Below are positions 1-15,000 of a stretch of 64,000 nt of DNA, in pieces. The stretch comes from a virus. Its lineage: Duplodnaviria > Caudoviricetes. The stretch is from IMG/VR virus record IMGVR_UViG_2974730439_000001, positions 1 to 64,000 of that record; one strand, 5' to 3'. Numbering within the stretch: position 1 is the first letter of the stretch; each line of letters starts with the position of its first letter. The notes under the pieces were generated by a model that was not told where the DNA came from, did no database searches, and saw only the letters and a program-made list of their open reading frames with translations. A program made the translations under genes and the position numbers.

Positions 1-46
1 GGAAGCGTCCAACCCAGCGTCAGAATCCAAACGGAACAAACCCGCA
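1..46 (-). repeat. DGR variable repeat VR1 (partial), homologous to 40087-40132
   Basis: 39/46 nt identical to 40087-40132; all 7 mismatches at codon positions 1-2 of NNY codons. Confidence 0.75.
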
Positions 47-2403
47 ATAGACCCAGTGCCCGAGCGACCGCCGATTAGAAGAGTTCTAGGTGTAGCTGTA
101 GCATTAGTCCAGTGATAATCACAATAATAAGTTGTAGCACTAGCTCCATTTCCTACTACAGTTGGGAATAGATCTGCCTAATTATTATTAACGAGTTTTT
201 TTACATATTGACTAGTAATTGTACTTTCTTTAAAGTCTTGTAACTCATAACCTGCTGCAATTAACTGTTCTGCAGTAGGATTATCACCTCCTTCAAATGT
301 ACCAAACTTAGTATAGTCTTTGCAAATGTATACGCTATTGTCAGTACCAGCAACTACTACATCAACTACATTCTTCCATACATGACCAAACGGATTCTCA
401 ATACCACGGTATCTAGGAACATTAAATGTTTTAGTACCAGTAGATGTACCTTCAGCATTAGTGTTAGTATGAGTATATTCAATTATACCAGTACCATTAC
501 CTAATGAATTAGTAGTACCACAAGGTACAAATGACCATGTATCAGCGCCATTTATCTTTACAGATCCTGTGGTTACACCTTCACCTAAACCACCTTGATG
601 ATAACCTTCTGCAGTTAAATTAGCATTAAATGCTTTCTGACTATTCAATGTAGCATATTCTACTACGAATAACCAAGTAAGGTCTCTATGAGCATCATAA
701 GTATACATGTTCCAACCATCTCCGTTTGTTCTAGCATATGTTTGGAATGTTGTTCTATTTAGACTAACTTTTGGAAATTCGTTTGGTGTAGTTAAAATAC
801 TTCTTAGTTTATTTCCAGCATCAACTGTTGCTTCATAATTAGCAATGTATTTCTTATTAACCTTCACGAATCCAGGTAAGTTATATTCACTAATTCTTAC
901 TTCTACTTTATTATCTGGAGTAGCTATTAACAGACGATAATGTTCTGGTATCTCTACCATTCTGTTTCCACCAGCCCCAAGATCTACTGTAGAACCATCT
1001 TCGTATTTACTATGATTATTCGGATTTAAATATCGTATGGTGCTGCTCTAATCTATAGTACAGCTTTTCATCTTACTCTGGATAGGAAGAGTTCTGTGCA
1101 TTTCCATATTACCAGTACGTACACCATCAGGACTAGAGCTATTAGCTAAGTCAAACTTAACTCCATACCACAGTTCATTCTCGTTTCTACTGAGCTTACC
1201 AATCTCTTCATCAAGAGTAACAGCTGCACTTATAGCACTAGGACTACTAGCTAAGTAATTAGTACTTGATAAGTCAGGCATTTCATTAGCTTCAGTTAAA
1301 CCTACCTTATCATTTACTTTAAGTAAAGTAGTTCTAAGCTCTGTAATATCTTGATTTAAAGCTGTTTCTAAACTATCAATGTTACCTTGCAATTCTGTAT
1401 CCTTGGCTTTTAATCCGTTTACAGCTGCTTCTCTAGCAATCTTTTCATCATTAATAGCATCGGGAAGAGTTTCGTTGATAGCTATCTTCTCAGCACCAGT
1501 CATTAAACCAGCGACAGTATTAGTAGCAGGAGTAATAGTAATATTAGATAAAGTAGACTGTACATATTTACCACCACTCTTTTCTACTCCAGTAAGACTA
1601 ATAGTGATATTATTAACATCAGTCTAGTCTAATTGGAATGTACTCAGCAAGTTATTAGGCATAGAGTTAACTACATTCTCCATAGCTTTACCCTTACCAC
1701 CATCATAAGCAGTACCAGTAATATCACCAATGATAATAGCATTAGAATCGATATGTACCCATTGTGAACCAGACCATCTAAACTGATAACTCACTTCACC
1801 AGGAGTTACGTTAACATATATTTTATCTCTTTCACCTACTATAGGAGTTTCATGTTCAGCATCTGCATATAACTGTATATTCTAAAGTACTCCAGTAGGA
1901 GATACAGTATAAGTAGCATATGCATCCATTACATCATCAACATATGAAGGCAATTGACTAGCAGGTACTTTACCATTACCATCAAGTTCAGCAAGACCGT
2001 TAGGTTGACCTTTTAATGCTTTGAAGTCTTGTAAGTCTTCATTCACATCATCAATCTTAGTATCCAGTCTATCTACTTGAGCTTTTATAGCAGCATCACC
2101 TTTATTAATAGCATCTACTATACTAGTACCTTTAAAGTAGTTATTACTACTATTATCAGGTAAAGATATAATGTCACTATTCTTATCATAGTTTAAACCA
2201 ACAGATTGAACAATCTCTTTAATGTGAGTCCATTGGTCTACATTAGCATCTCTATTCAGTGGTATCCATTTCTTAAGATCAGGACTATATGACTTAATAA
2301 CATTACCAGTACTGTCTGTTGCTAAGTCAATCCAGTAAGAAACCTCTTTAGGATTTGGAGCATACTTAGATGCTATGAAATTAGGATTTTCTTGTTTAAC
2401 CAT
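1..2403 (-). CDS. Tail fibre/receptor-binding protein with C-terminal C-type-lectin (FGE-sulfatase/Mtd-like) domain; DGR target; TAG-recoded, runs off left edge
   Basis: ORFs 1882-2403, 1048-1503 and 178-960 are in one frame, separated by TAG; motifs LFVVEYAT, YRGIENPFGHVW, LLIGG...AGLF resemble CLec DGR targets. Confidence 0.8.
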
Positions 2404-2501
2404 ATTTGCAAATATTTAATAATTAAATAATCTCCTGTTCTGGAGTATCGTATTCTTTCTATCTCGTATATTCATCATTGGAACATACAATATTATTCTC
2501 A

Positions 2502-3596
2502 TTATGTTATTGGATTTAATGCTACAACTTGACCAGCTTCAGTTTTATCAAAGTAATTAACTACAGCAAACTCTTCGTCTGCTGCACTACCATCCCTACT
2601 AGTTACATAACTTCTAATAAATTGCTAACCTCTCTTTTCACTATTACCTGCTACGTATCCGTATCGAAATGCAGTATCTATAGTAGGATGATATATGGTT
2701 CCATCTTCATTCATAGCAATTACTTTAATCTATCCTTCTTCAGTCATAGTATTAGTATTAAGACACCTAACAGAACCTATTATTATATTCCCATCTATGT
2801 TTGTCTAATTATTCCATGTCTTATACTACTTACCGTTGAATGTAACATAACCATTAACCGAAGTACTTAAAGTACCATTAAACGTAAAATCTCTTTGTAT
2901 AGTTAAATTAGGCATACCTTCTACGCTATCATCTACAGGATTAATTTTATAATACCTATTTGTATTTGTTTCATCCGCGTGTACAACTGTTTCTCCAACC
3001 CATATTTTATTAGGCATACCTTCTTCATACACCCAACCATCTTTATCAGCGAATACAAATGATTGAGTAGGTACTCCCATATCGGCGCCACTCATCTGAT
3101 AGGCTTTCACTATTACTCCTCCTTTGTAGGCAGTACATTCAACAGTTACAATACCATCTTCTTTTGTACCATACCAGTTTCCTCTAAGCTATACAATTAA
3201 CTATTCTGGCATAGTTAAACTAGTATCATTAGTATATACATCTTGAATGGATTTAATGTCTACCATTACACACTCTGCTCCAGATTGAGTATTATCACCT
3301 CCCCAGTATAGAAACGGTTGAGTTCTATCCTCAGATGAACCCCAACTCCACCCTACTACTTCATTAGGTATACCTGGAGCATTAGTAATATTAGTACCAG
3401 TATCAAAGTCTCTACCGTTAGACGTACTCCATATGAATCTTAACTATATACTATTGAAATCATAAAAGTAAGCTACATCATCTCTAGTAGGCCATATATG
3501 ATTTACTCCATCAAATACATCAGATATATTAGTATTGCCTACAGTTCTCTTTTGTAGGGGAACTGCTCGTCCCCCTGCTATACCTAACTCTAACAT
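2502..3596 (-). CDS. Virion/tail-associated protein, 364 aa, TAG-recoded
   Basis: ATG 3596 to TAA 2502 open except for in-frame TAGs; contains the 2826-3110 fragment; TAATG coupling with the upstream gene. Confidence 0.75.
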
Positions 3597-4216
3597 TACT
3601 CACTCTCCTCATCAATAATATTATAAGTCATACCTGCTACTTTAGTAAGCTAATTATATTCAGCTTCAGTACCAGTCCATATAGGTAATGATATCTTACC
3701 ATTATTAGCACTAGGTAACGCTAAAACAACGCCAGTACCTTTGTTCATTGCCTGTTGTACTGGATCTAATACAGATATCTTATTCTCACTAATAAGTTTA
3801 TTTATTAGCTGAGTAATATACTCTTCATCAAGTAATTCACCAACATTACCAAGATTATTTTCAATATTAGTAATCTTATTATTGATACTAGTTATACTCT
3901 GTTCAATATCATCTATACTAGACTCCAGATTAGTAATTCTGTTGTTAACAGTAGTTATCTTACTATCCAGGTTATTTATCTTACTAGTGAGTTCAGATAT
4001 ACTTTGATTAACTTCATTTTTGAAATCACTTATTGAAGATTCTATAGTAGTATCTATGTAGTTCTTAAGTCTATCATCACTAACTACTAAATCAACAATC
4101 TAGTTAATAGGAGCTTTAAAGTTCTAATCCTTTTCAGCTACAACCATGTATTCACTACCTTCAAGATTGCGCTTAGGATCTAGCTCCAATATCTTTATGC
4201 CATCACATTTATTCAT
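3596..4216 (-). CDS. Coiled-coil tail fibre-associated protein, 206 aa, TAG-recoded
   Basis: N-terminus MNKCDGIKILEL...GSEY is paralogous to the N-terminus of the 12053-15298 protein. Confidence 0.75.
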
Positions 4217-4221
4217 AACTA

Positions 4222-5127
4222 TTATTCTTTAAAGAATCCACTAGGAGCACTTACTTTATTAAATACTACACTATCAGTAGTAGCTAATGATAATTGAGCT
4301 CTAGTAACTATATGAGGATTATCTCTTCTAGCTGCATGAGTATCAATAGCATTCTGTGCATTAGTAATTAACTGTTTAAGCTCGTTAATTTGGGATTGTA
4401 AGTTATTATCTGCATTAGTTCTATTCTCAATCTCCTGATTAATTAATTCAGTAAGGTCAGTAACTTTACCATCTACATAAGTCTTAAGTTCATTCTTAGC
4501 CTTAGTAATCTCACTATTTATATAGCTTCTTAAATCACTAATTTGCTGATCAATCTTACTATCTAACTCTTGTATATTCTGAGTTAATTCAGTAATCTTC
4601 TGTTGAATAGAACTTAAATCTCCACCTATTACTTCAGTTATATCTTGACGTATTTCTTCAATACTAGAATTGATGTTAGTAATATCTTGGTTTATATCAT
4701 CAATGTTGTTATTGATATCTGTAATATCCTACTTGATATTATTAATATCACCTTTGATATTATTAATCTCATTTCTAATATTGTTAATCTGAGTAGTTAA
4801 CTCTTCTACTTTCTGATTAATATACTACCACAGTTTATTAACTTCCTCTTTAAGTTCATCTTTAAACTCAGCTAATTCATTTCTGATTTCAGTTATAGAA
4901 TCATTAATAAACTGTTCTATCTAATCAAGAGCATTATTAATATAATCAATGATAGCATCTACTTGTTTATCATTCAGATCAAGCATCTCCCATGTATTAG
5001 TATCATTACGATAATATCTAATACAACCACCATAGTAGTTAGAAGTAACGTCAATCCAATAATCTACTTCTAGAGGATTAGGCTACGTATCTGATGCTCT
5101 AAATCTAACTATCTCTCTCTGTAACAT
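4222..5127 (-). CDS. Long coiled-coil fibre protein, 301 aa, TAG-recoded
   Basis: PNPLEVDYWID motif shared with the 1-2403 protein; heptad repeats; HAARRDNPHIVT fibre motif. Confidence 0.75.
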
Positions 5128-5130
5128 ATA

Positions 5131-5577
5131 TTATGCTTTAAATGTTGTTATTTTATCTTCTGTGCCATCGTCATAGCAATCTATGTGCACCCAGTTGCAC
5201 TGCTCCTCTAAACGTACTTTACATGGCAACAATAAAGGTTTAGCCTTTATTATCTCTCTTATTTCTTCTGCAGTCTTATCATCACATGTGAAGTCAATAG
5301 CATTACCTGTTACATGTGCAGATACATATACTCCTTTCTTACTCTTTACTAAAGGACACAGGTTACAACGCATACCTCTTTGATGCATGTTACCAATATT
5401 AATATGCATTGGCATACGTAAGATATCAGTACGTAGACACAGTAGTACATGTAGTAGCTATGTACTTAAGAACATCCATGATTGTTCTCCAAATCTACTA
5501 TATATGTGATTACATACTAATTCCTTTACGTTAAAGTAAGGTTTAAGCTGTTTAATTATTTCTTCTCTCGGCATCAT
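5131..5577 (-). CDS. Endolysin, peptidase M15 family, 148 aa, one in-frame TAG
   Basis: SAHVTGNAIDF and WVHID zinc motifs; frame extends 5' through TAG (5458-5460) to ATG 5577. Confidence 0.85.
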
Positions 5578-5743
5578 TGTTATTCATCATTAGAGCATCA
5601 CCAACTAGATTGGCTGCTACGTTCATACCAAATTGTTTAGTATCATTATCTATCTCACTTACCTTTACGTTGATTTGAAGGAGCAGAAGATATATCTGCT
5701 CCAACAATTCTCTATCTGTCATATGTGCTAAGTATGGATTCAT
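5552..5743 (-). CDS. Small hypothetical protein adjacent to lysin
   Basis: 63-aa ORF coupled by TAATG to the upstream gene. Confidence 0.6.
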   Translation of the reverse strand: MNPYLAHMTDRELLEQIYLLLLQINVKVSEIDNDTKQFGMNVAANLVGDALMMNNNDAERRNN

Positions 5744-8019
5744 TATCTTACAAATATTACTGTAGCTGTTATTTCTTTGTATGAAGGGGATGTTCTAGTT
5801 ATAGTAGCCTATACTTCCTAATACGAAGAGGTAGTGTCACTTATTGTTATAGTAGTCTGACCTGCACTTCCGCTAGTTGGAGATACAGTACTATAGTTAG
5901 TACCTTGTCCAATACGTGCTGTCCACGGTGAGGAACTATTTACTACTGCAGTAGCACTATTGCCACTGACCGTCTAACTAGAAGGTGTTACTGTAAATGT
6001 ATCAGTTACCCCCCCCTAGCCCGCCGCTTGAGTTACTGTAACAATACCTTTACTTTTTCCTCCTACTTGTGTAAGAGTAAATGTAGCACTTCTCTATGAA
6101 GTTGTTATATTAGAAGTTATAACTATGCCGGTAGTATTAGTAGTATTACCATAATAAGTAAACCATTTAGAGTCGGTAGAGAATGTATAATCTACAGATT
6201 CTTCAGTTTCACTACCATCGGAGTGTAGTACTGTTTTGTAAGAATCAACGCTAAAATTAACATTCTATGCTGAACTAGATACACGTATAGAAGAAGGAGA
6301 AATTCTCATTCCATGTGTAGCATTATACTCTATCTGATATATGTTAATGTAACATTTTAAACCAGATTCAGCCTGAGTTAATGTAATAGTGCCCTGTCTA
6401 GGTAAACCACTTGTATTATGCGCTACAGTGTAACCACCATTACTATCAACCGTTATCCAGCTTACGTTAGCCGAGAAGCTCACATTATCAAAAAATACTC
6501 CATTCTTCCTACTTACATAAGTATAATCTCCTGACCAGTTAGTAGTCTTTGCTGGTACGTTATTAAACGTAATGCTCTCATATGAGGATGTTTCACCAGA
6601 TTTTCTGACCCCTAAATAGTATTCATCAGCAGCTTTAGCCTCTTGACTAACATTAATAGTAAGTGTCTTACCAGAACCACTCTGAGTTAATACTACTTTT
6701 CCACTTCTTGCAGATCCACTATTATCGGATGCACTGATAGTAACTTTACTACTAGTAGTAGAAGTAGTTATCCAACTAGGCTTACTAGACACACTCCAAG
6801 ATTGACTACTACCATTCTTAGTAGATATTACAGGTATATTGGCAGCAGTTCCATTAGCAGAGAAATCCCACGGGAAGCTTGCGCTAACATCTGAAGTACT
6901 GCCGTCATCCCAAGTAAATACATAATTATCTGCAGGTGGAGTATACCCTGTTTGAGTTAATTCGGCATAATCTCGTTTACCAGATTCATCCTAATCAAAA
7001 TATACTTTTGCTGTTCTACCAGTAGTACTAGTAGTTGATTGTATAGTAAACGTAGAAGTACTCTTATTGAATGAAGCCCATGAAGGTAATGTACTACTAT
7101 CTATGCTATAATCTACATCATAAGTACTGCTACCAACTGTCTTATAAGAACTAATAGTTACACTACCAGATCCACCACTAGAACCTACATTAACCTTATA
7201 CGGATTAATAGAGAAGGTATAAGTAGTAGAAGGTGTAGCACCAGCTTGAGTAACTGTACAAGTAGCTGACTTACCACCATGAGTTGCTTTAATAGTTGCA
7301 GTTCTACTAGATGTAGATGTATTCTCTCCCAATGTTAAAGTACTAGGTGAAGAGCTACTACTAAGACTACCTAAGTTAGTAGATAATGTAGGATTACCTG
7401 TTTCTTCAGTAACATCACCACTAACCCAATATACAGTTCTCTTAGCACTAGCTGTAATAGTAGAAGTACCTCCACTACTAGATACACTAGTGGGACTAGC
7501 TGATACAGATATAGTCCATTCACCATATGAACTAACATCATCCCCATCCTGTGATAAACTAATAGTAACTGTCTTATTAGACTCATTCTGAGTTATAGTA
7601 ACTGTACCTGTTCTATTTGAAGTAATTTCATTAGCAGAAGCACTTACTGTAGTTCCACTTAAAGAGAATCCAGTACCAGATATAGTAGTAGACTTTAATG
7701 ATACACTGGTATCACCACTCTATTCTACTCCATCTAATACTTTTCTCTTATAAGAACTAACAGTGAAAGACTTACTGCCACCACCAGCTCCAAATGACAT
7801 ACTAGTAGGTGATACTGTTAAGTAGTAATTCCAAGTCTCTGCTTTCTTACGTATATCATCTATCTTTACACATTCATTAGCTCCATAAGTAGAAGCATTA
7901 TCAATAACGATTAATGAATTAATAGCTAAAATCTAGGTCTTAGTAGGACATTCTGTCCCACTCTTACCTAGACTAAGCTTACTTAATATCATAGAATATG
8001 TTGCTATTTCATTACTCAT
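5743..8019 (-). CDS. BACON-domain repeat protein, 758 aa, TAG-recoded
   Basis: Repeated SW..., N.s...R.g.i.ltQ units; fragments 6265-6792 and 6991-7332 are in the same frame as ATG 8019. Confidence 0.85.
6009..6016 (-). repeat. G8 homopolymer starting in an in-frame TAG codon
   Basis: Minus strand GGC TAG GGG GGG GTA, just before the last BACON-like repeat. Confidence 0.9.
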
Positions 8020-11000
8020 GCTGCTTATTCTTTAAAGTTTCTATTTCAGCGTTAAGCTTTTCAATCTCATCCTTAAGCATCTTAACTCCTTCAATAGCTA
8101 ATACGCCTAACATCTCATACTCTACCTTCTTAACCTTAACATACTCTTCACCATCTTTAGTGAATGATTCAAACTGTTCAGGATTACTTACTTCAGATTT
8201 AGGAGTATCACTTTCAGTTACTATATCTTCAAAACCTAATTCCTCTAAGTTCTATGCTATAGTACCTATTTGCTTCTAATCATTCATTATAAATGATACA
8301 GTAGGTATAGAGCATATCTAGTCTAGAGTATAGTCTAAAGGTTTAATATCTGATTTTAAACGGGCATCAGATTCTTTGAAGAAACCGCCTGATGCAGATA
8401 CTTTACCGGAAGATGTAACATTACCTACTGTTATATTATCATAAGAGTATATAGACTATTTAGGAGTTATAGTTACTTCTCTAGTTACTCCAGAAGTAGG
8501 CATAGCAGCATTAGTTATACTTTGAACTAGATTATCTTTTGGAGCACTGGTATACGCATGAACATGGAATGTCTAATATGTTCTTGTCTATTTAAACCAC
8601 AAATGAACATACCCTTGATGTATAAATGCTTTTATATCACCGAAGCTAGTTCCGTTGTTGACTCCAGTAGGTTGTAAAATCTCATTATTGTCGTCATAGT
8701 TATAAAACTATATTACTGTATCAAATGGAGGTTTACTATCATAAGAATTACCAAAAATTCTTACTGTTACCATTGTGTTACCATTAGATGGTATTCTTAG
8801 TTTTACTAAACAACCCTTATCGTAATTATATGCAGTATATGGGGAGTATCTTTTATCTAACTCATTAGCATAATTACCTTTATGGAGTAATTTATAATGA
8901 GTACCTCCATAATAGAAAGTTGCTCCTTCATCTAAACTATCTACTCTACCTAATGATATACACGGATGAGTTGTCAGTTTATCGTTATATAAATATGCGC
9001 CTAATGAATTTGTATACCCTACTTCTGCAGTTTGTGCTCCGCTATTAATAAACTAAACATAACTAGAAACATCAGTTCCATGTAAAGTTAAAGGAGTTAC
9101 TGATGAAGTTTGATTTATTGTTGCTGGTACAGTTATAACAGAACCTGATGAATTCCATCTTTGCCATGTATTATTATCCTCATAGCTAGTTCCTATATAA
9201 CAATAGTTAAAATTCTATCCTGATCCATATGCTCCAAATTTAGCTAATACTATGTCATTAGCATTAACAAATTCATAACCTCTATTCCAACCTCCTACAG
9301 TAGAAGTAGCCTTAATAGTAAAGACTCCGTCAGTACGTAAAACACAGTGATAACTATTAGTATTACCCACTGTTAAGTTACCAGTCATAGTATCACCAGC
9401 TTTTTTTACAAAAGCAGATGGACTAATACCACCAACTGTGTCAGCATTACCTGCATTAGCTGGTTTACCAACGCTTACAGTCTGTGCACTACCTCCAGAT
9501 GGAGTTACTGTGAAATTACCAGCAGAACCATTAGCAAATGTATAAGTAGTATTAGTATTCTATGCAGGGATACCTAATGCAGTTATATCAGCTTTAGTTA
9601 CAGCAGTAACACTAGCTACATGACTAGTAGAGTCAGTAGAGAACTTATAGAATCCAGATGATTTACTAGGTGCAGAACCAGCAGGATGTACATAGTTATT
9701 ATATGTAGCTCCTTTAGTTAGAGTAAGAGTATCGCCACTAATAGATGCAGTAGTAACAGCATTACCAGAACCAGCTACAGTTACTTTACCAACCTTCTTA
9801 GCTAATTCTGTATTCATAGTAGACTACAGATTATTGATATTAGTCTATAACTGATTATCACCATCTTTTCTAGCTTGAATCTCTACATTCAAATCATTGA
9901 TGATATCATTTGAACTATTCTCGATAAGCTCTTCTAATCTATCTACTTCAGTAGTTACTTTATTATCCAGATTAGTAATTCTATTAGGTATATTAACGTC
10001 TAAGTTCTGCTTATCAGTTGCAGTCATTACACCAGCTGCAGATTGAGTAGCAGCAGGTATAGTCTATGACTTAGTAATAGGATTAGCGTATGAGTTACTA
10101 GCTGCAGATAAATCAGATTGCTTATAATTAATAGTTACACTAGTTGCATTTCTAGATGTTGCATCTAAACCAGTAACTAGGTTATTAGGTAGTGAATCAA
10201 GCTTATCACCAGGATTCTGTATACTACCAAATTCATTATATAAGCTATCTAATCTACCTTTATCTATTGCAGACATAGCACCTGCATTAGTAGTTGTAGC
10301 TGATGGTATATCTATATTATCATCCTGTAATGGACCATAATTTAAACCATCTTTAGCTGCATACTTATAGTTAATCTTAACTAATTCACCAGTACTAGTA
10401 GTAGGAGTAAGATATGAAGTAAGCTTAGTAGGCATACTATTTAAAGCATCTCTATTAGCTTTACCTTTATCTCCAGGATACGCTGTACTAGGAGTTTCAC
10501 CTAATGCTAAACTCTAACTAATTTCTAAGTATTGAGTACCAGTCCATCTATATGTTAAGTTAGTATCCTTAGCTACATATATCTTACCTGTTTCACCAGT
10601 TTGAGGGAATTGAGCTTTAGTAGAGAACTCTAATACATCATCTACATAAGATGGTAATTGAGCTGCAGGAACCTTACCAGTTGAGTCTAATTCAGCTAAA
10701 CCGCTAGGTTGACCTTTAGTACTAATGAATGCATTTAAACTATTAGTAATAGTAGTATCGCCTGCTTTCCTATCTTCAATTTCTTTCTGTAAAGCATCTT
10801 CTAATGCATCAGTAACTCCATCAAACTTATTCTCTATACGGTCTATCTCAGCTTCTCTATCTGCAATCTCCTTATCAATCTTATCATCGAGATCGTCTAT
10901 TCTATTGTTTAGATTAGAGTCTGCTTCCTTTAGATCTTCAATCTATCCAGGTATAGTAGTATTAAGTTCTACATAGTCTTCCTTACTCATGAGACCATCC

Positions 11001-11659
11001 ATAGAAGCAGTAGCATTAGCTATACGTATATCCATATAGATATTGTTACCACTTTTAACGGTATTCCATGATACACAAGGAGTAGCATTCTATCTGAAAG
11101 TGATGCCATTAGTTACTAAGTCATAAGTAGATGTATTAGTACCATCTTTAAACTTAATGTTAGTTAATGCTAAATTACCTATATATACATACTGACCATT
11201 ATCTGTAAGTACTTTAGTACCATCACCAGTAGTCTTAATTACTGTAGTAGTATATTGTTCTTTACTATAGTTTAATGAACCATCTACAGTAATAGTATCA
11301 AATACTACTTGAGATATATTATCTGTACCTTCTTCTTTAATAAAATCAGGGGATTCGATATATATAGTACCACCAACTATAGCTACTTCAGTTGCTAAAT
11401 CTAAACCATTTCTCTTAGAGTTAATAGTATAGATGAGCTTACCTTCCTCTATAGCTTGCTTTAATGCGTCATAATCTTCTTGACTTACTTTACCATCAAC
11501 GATAGTAGGATCAAAGATATACATAGTCATATCTTTAAACTCTATCATTCGGATCTTACCATTTCTTTCACCATCTTGGAATGGAATCATCTCCTATCCT
11601 GTGACAGCAGTACGTTCTGAAGCTTGACTAATCTTTAAACCTTTAATTCTTGCTATCAT
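8012..11659 (-). CDS. Tail fibre/spike, 1215 aa, with C-terminal intramolecular chaperone (peptidase S74), TAG-recoded
   Basis: Four annotated fragments in frame; C-terminal ESDARLKSDI...IGTIAQ...VEYEML plus coiled coil. Confidence 0.85.
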
Positions 11660-12047
11660 TGTCAATCAAATTATTTTCTTTCTACTATTCTAACAGTACT
11701 ACACCGTTATCTTCCCATAACCAAGGATCTGCATCCTCTGTTAACAATGCTAATACATAAGGATCATATAATCCTTTAAAGTATCCATTACCACAACCAC
11801 ACTTAATACAATACGGTTTGAGTTTCATAGGTATACCACTATATAACTATGGTTTAACCTAATGTAAATATCTTTTTAGTATTTCAGAATCTATAGGAGT
11901 AGTAACACTAGATGCGTTACTAAACTCCAATAAATCTGTCAATTCATTGTATACTATGGTTGCTACAACATCTCTATTATTCCTAAGTATATTAGTTTTA
12001 AGTATAGAGTTTGTTTTACTGTTTATATATTCTTTTGCTTTATCCAT
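11643..12047 (-). CDS. Tail-associated protein, 134 aa, TAG-recoded
   Basis: Extends past TAG 11859 to TAA 11643; includes tandem TAG TAG. Confidence 0.7.
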
Positions 12048-12052
12048 AGTAA

Positions 12053-15000
12053 TTATACGTTTGCGTATGTTTTGGTAGTAAGACTATTTTTTGCAAATAT
12101 CAAACCTTCTGTTGGGTTTAATCTAGCAGAATAGGTATCACTTCCTAATACTTTTTGTATATATATACTACCATCTCCAGATATAGATATCTATGAACCA
12201 TTACTACATCTAACATATATGTTTCCTTCGTTAGGAGACTAATCCTAAGTTCCGTATATATCTATTAGATAAAAGTCTGAATCTGTAGATTGAGGTACTC
12301 TCAGTCCACTAAAACTATCACCTGCTAATATTACTTTACCGTTAGTACTATCTCCTACATTAAGTTCATTAATTTCTCCAGAGGAATTCCAAGTGATATT
12401 ACCTTTTGCCAACTGTCCACTACCATCAGAATTTAAACCAAACCACTCAGTAAATGGAGACTAAGCCTAACCCATACGCATGCCAGTTGAATCTAGTTTA
12501 AACTAATAATCACTTGTAAGCTATGATATATTATTTTTCTTTATATAAGTACCAGAAGTAGATAATGCACCACTGCTTGAATTATTAATCATACTCAACC
12601 CGCTACCATCTAGCGTAAGCTTAGTATCAGTTGTAGTTAACTACAACTAACTATTCTCAGAATCAGCAGCTAAGTGTATGCCTCCAGCTCCAAAGTAAGC
12701 TTCGCCATTCTCAAAGTCTAACAAGAAATTAGGTCTAAATGAATTAGAGGTATTCATAGGATCTGAAGTATTAATCAAATGATACTCAGAACTATCACCC
12801 CCACTAGCATTCTTACCTCTTTGTGAGAACATCAGGTTATTATTAAATACAGCTCCACCTACTAATGAGTTAGGTGCAATAAGTAAGTCAGTATAGATAG
12901 CCTCATAATTCTCTAATACAGTCCATGCACCGGATGTATCTGTAGCTGGAGATACATTATTCTATTGAGTACCAATCCACGTCATTACTGATTTCAAGAA
13001 GTAATAGTTACCGTCACTAGTATCATATACGTAAGGAGCTTTTTCTCCATCATTAATATATGGAGTACTAGTACTATATATACCAGCTGGATATGCTATA
13101 GGTTGTGAACCTACTGGATCTGGAGTAATTATACCTCCCATAGGATTAGGCTTAGACCAATATTGACCAGGCTCTAATTCGTCATTTATTATTCTACATT
13201 GAATAAACCATATGTAGTTATATTCATCACCACTAACTAACTCAGGAACATCTGTAGACCAACCTTTTGGATCTCTCTTACGCTTCATAGTGTCGCTCCA
13301 TTGTTCTCCTGTATAAGTAGTTTCAGTACCTTTACAGTATCTAACTTCATAACCTACTCCAGGAACACCTGAACCACCATTATCACCAGTCATACCAGTC
13401 ATATAGTATGGATCGCACCAGTCTTCTATCATAGTATTATCACTACCATTGATATAAGCAAAAGTAGCCCATAAGACTTTACCATCACTTAAAGCAGGAG
13501 CTGAAGAACTCCAACCAGAAGGATAACGAGTATCTTGGTCTAACGAAGGAGCTGAACTCCAACTATTGTTTCTAGCAAATCTGTATTCATAGTAGTTACC
13601 ATCCATGCCTTGAACCTTACCTACATTTACCCAATCACTACCATTCCATACCCACAAGAAACCATCAATAACCCAACCGTCTCCTATCTAATTACCTTCC
13701 ATTGGAAGATCATCCGTAGAGTCCAAAGTACCTTTAATAACAACGCCTTGACCAGTTACTTTTACTACAGCCCCCCATTCTATTACAGAACCTGTTTCAC
13801 CTTGAACTAATGCTACAGATTTCCACCATATACCTGTGGACATATCAGGAGTAAGTACCCAACCATCACCAGGATTATATGGGTCATTACTAGTAGGCTT
13901 ATCAGGTTGAGTCTAGCTCTATTTAAATGCTTCTACTTGATAATTAAAGTTATTACCATCAAGACCAGGTACACCTGTAATCAAATAAGGACCTTGCCAA
14001 CCTCTTTCGTCTTCAGGTAAAGATTCATCAATTACTAATTGATTATCAAAAGTAACCAAAGCTTGAATACCCCATATTGCTTCTTTACCAGTTGCAGTAG
14101 GCATACCTACACCCCAGATACTACCAGGATTAATATTCAATCTATCTGGATCTCTAGGTTTAACATCACTACCAGATGTCTTAGTATACATTACTCTAAG
14201 ATGATTACCGTCTTGACCATTATCTCCATATTTAGCCCATAATGACGGAGAACTAAAGTTACCCCATTTGTGAGTATCACCTTTATACTTTCTTTTACTA
14301 ACCCATTCATATTTAAACTCTTCACTTACTCCCTTAGGATCATCTGTCCAAGGTTGTTCACCAGGAGCTGATTGAGGTATATATTCATCCTGATCTGGAT
14401 TATTATCTGTAATCTCTTGAGGAGAAGCAGGTAATTTAGTACGCTGATATATATACTCTACTCCATCACCATCTTTACCATTCACTCCCCATTTGGACCA
14501 AATAGTAGGGTCACTCCATTCACTCCAACTGCCATCAGTTTGTAAGTTATGTGAACAAACCCATTCACATTGATACTATTCACTAATACCTGTAGGATGA
14601 TCAGTCCAACCTTGTCTAATGGCTTCAGTTTGGCTATTACCTGTAGGTTTAGTAGGAGTAACTAAACTAGTTACAGTGAGTTTATATACAAACTCAATAT
14701 TACTACCATCTGCACCATCATGCCCATCTGCCCCTGTAAGTCTTACAGGAGTACTCCAAGGCACTACTATTGTACCTTTACTAGAGAACGTAGCAGTAGA
14801 CATCCATACATAACCATTAGGATTACTATCACTACCAGACCAACCTTCAGGATAAGTGATAGTATTGGTTTCATAATCCCAACTACCACCTACAGGAGTA
14901 TCAGGTCTTTCTATACTCTTAGTAGACTTATATGCTATTACTACTCTAGTAGTATCTCCATCTATACCTGGTACACCATCAATACCGTCTTTACCGTCTT

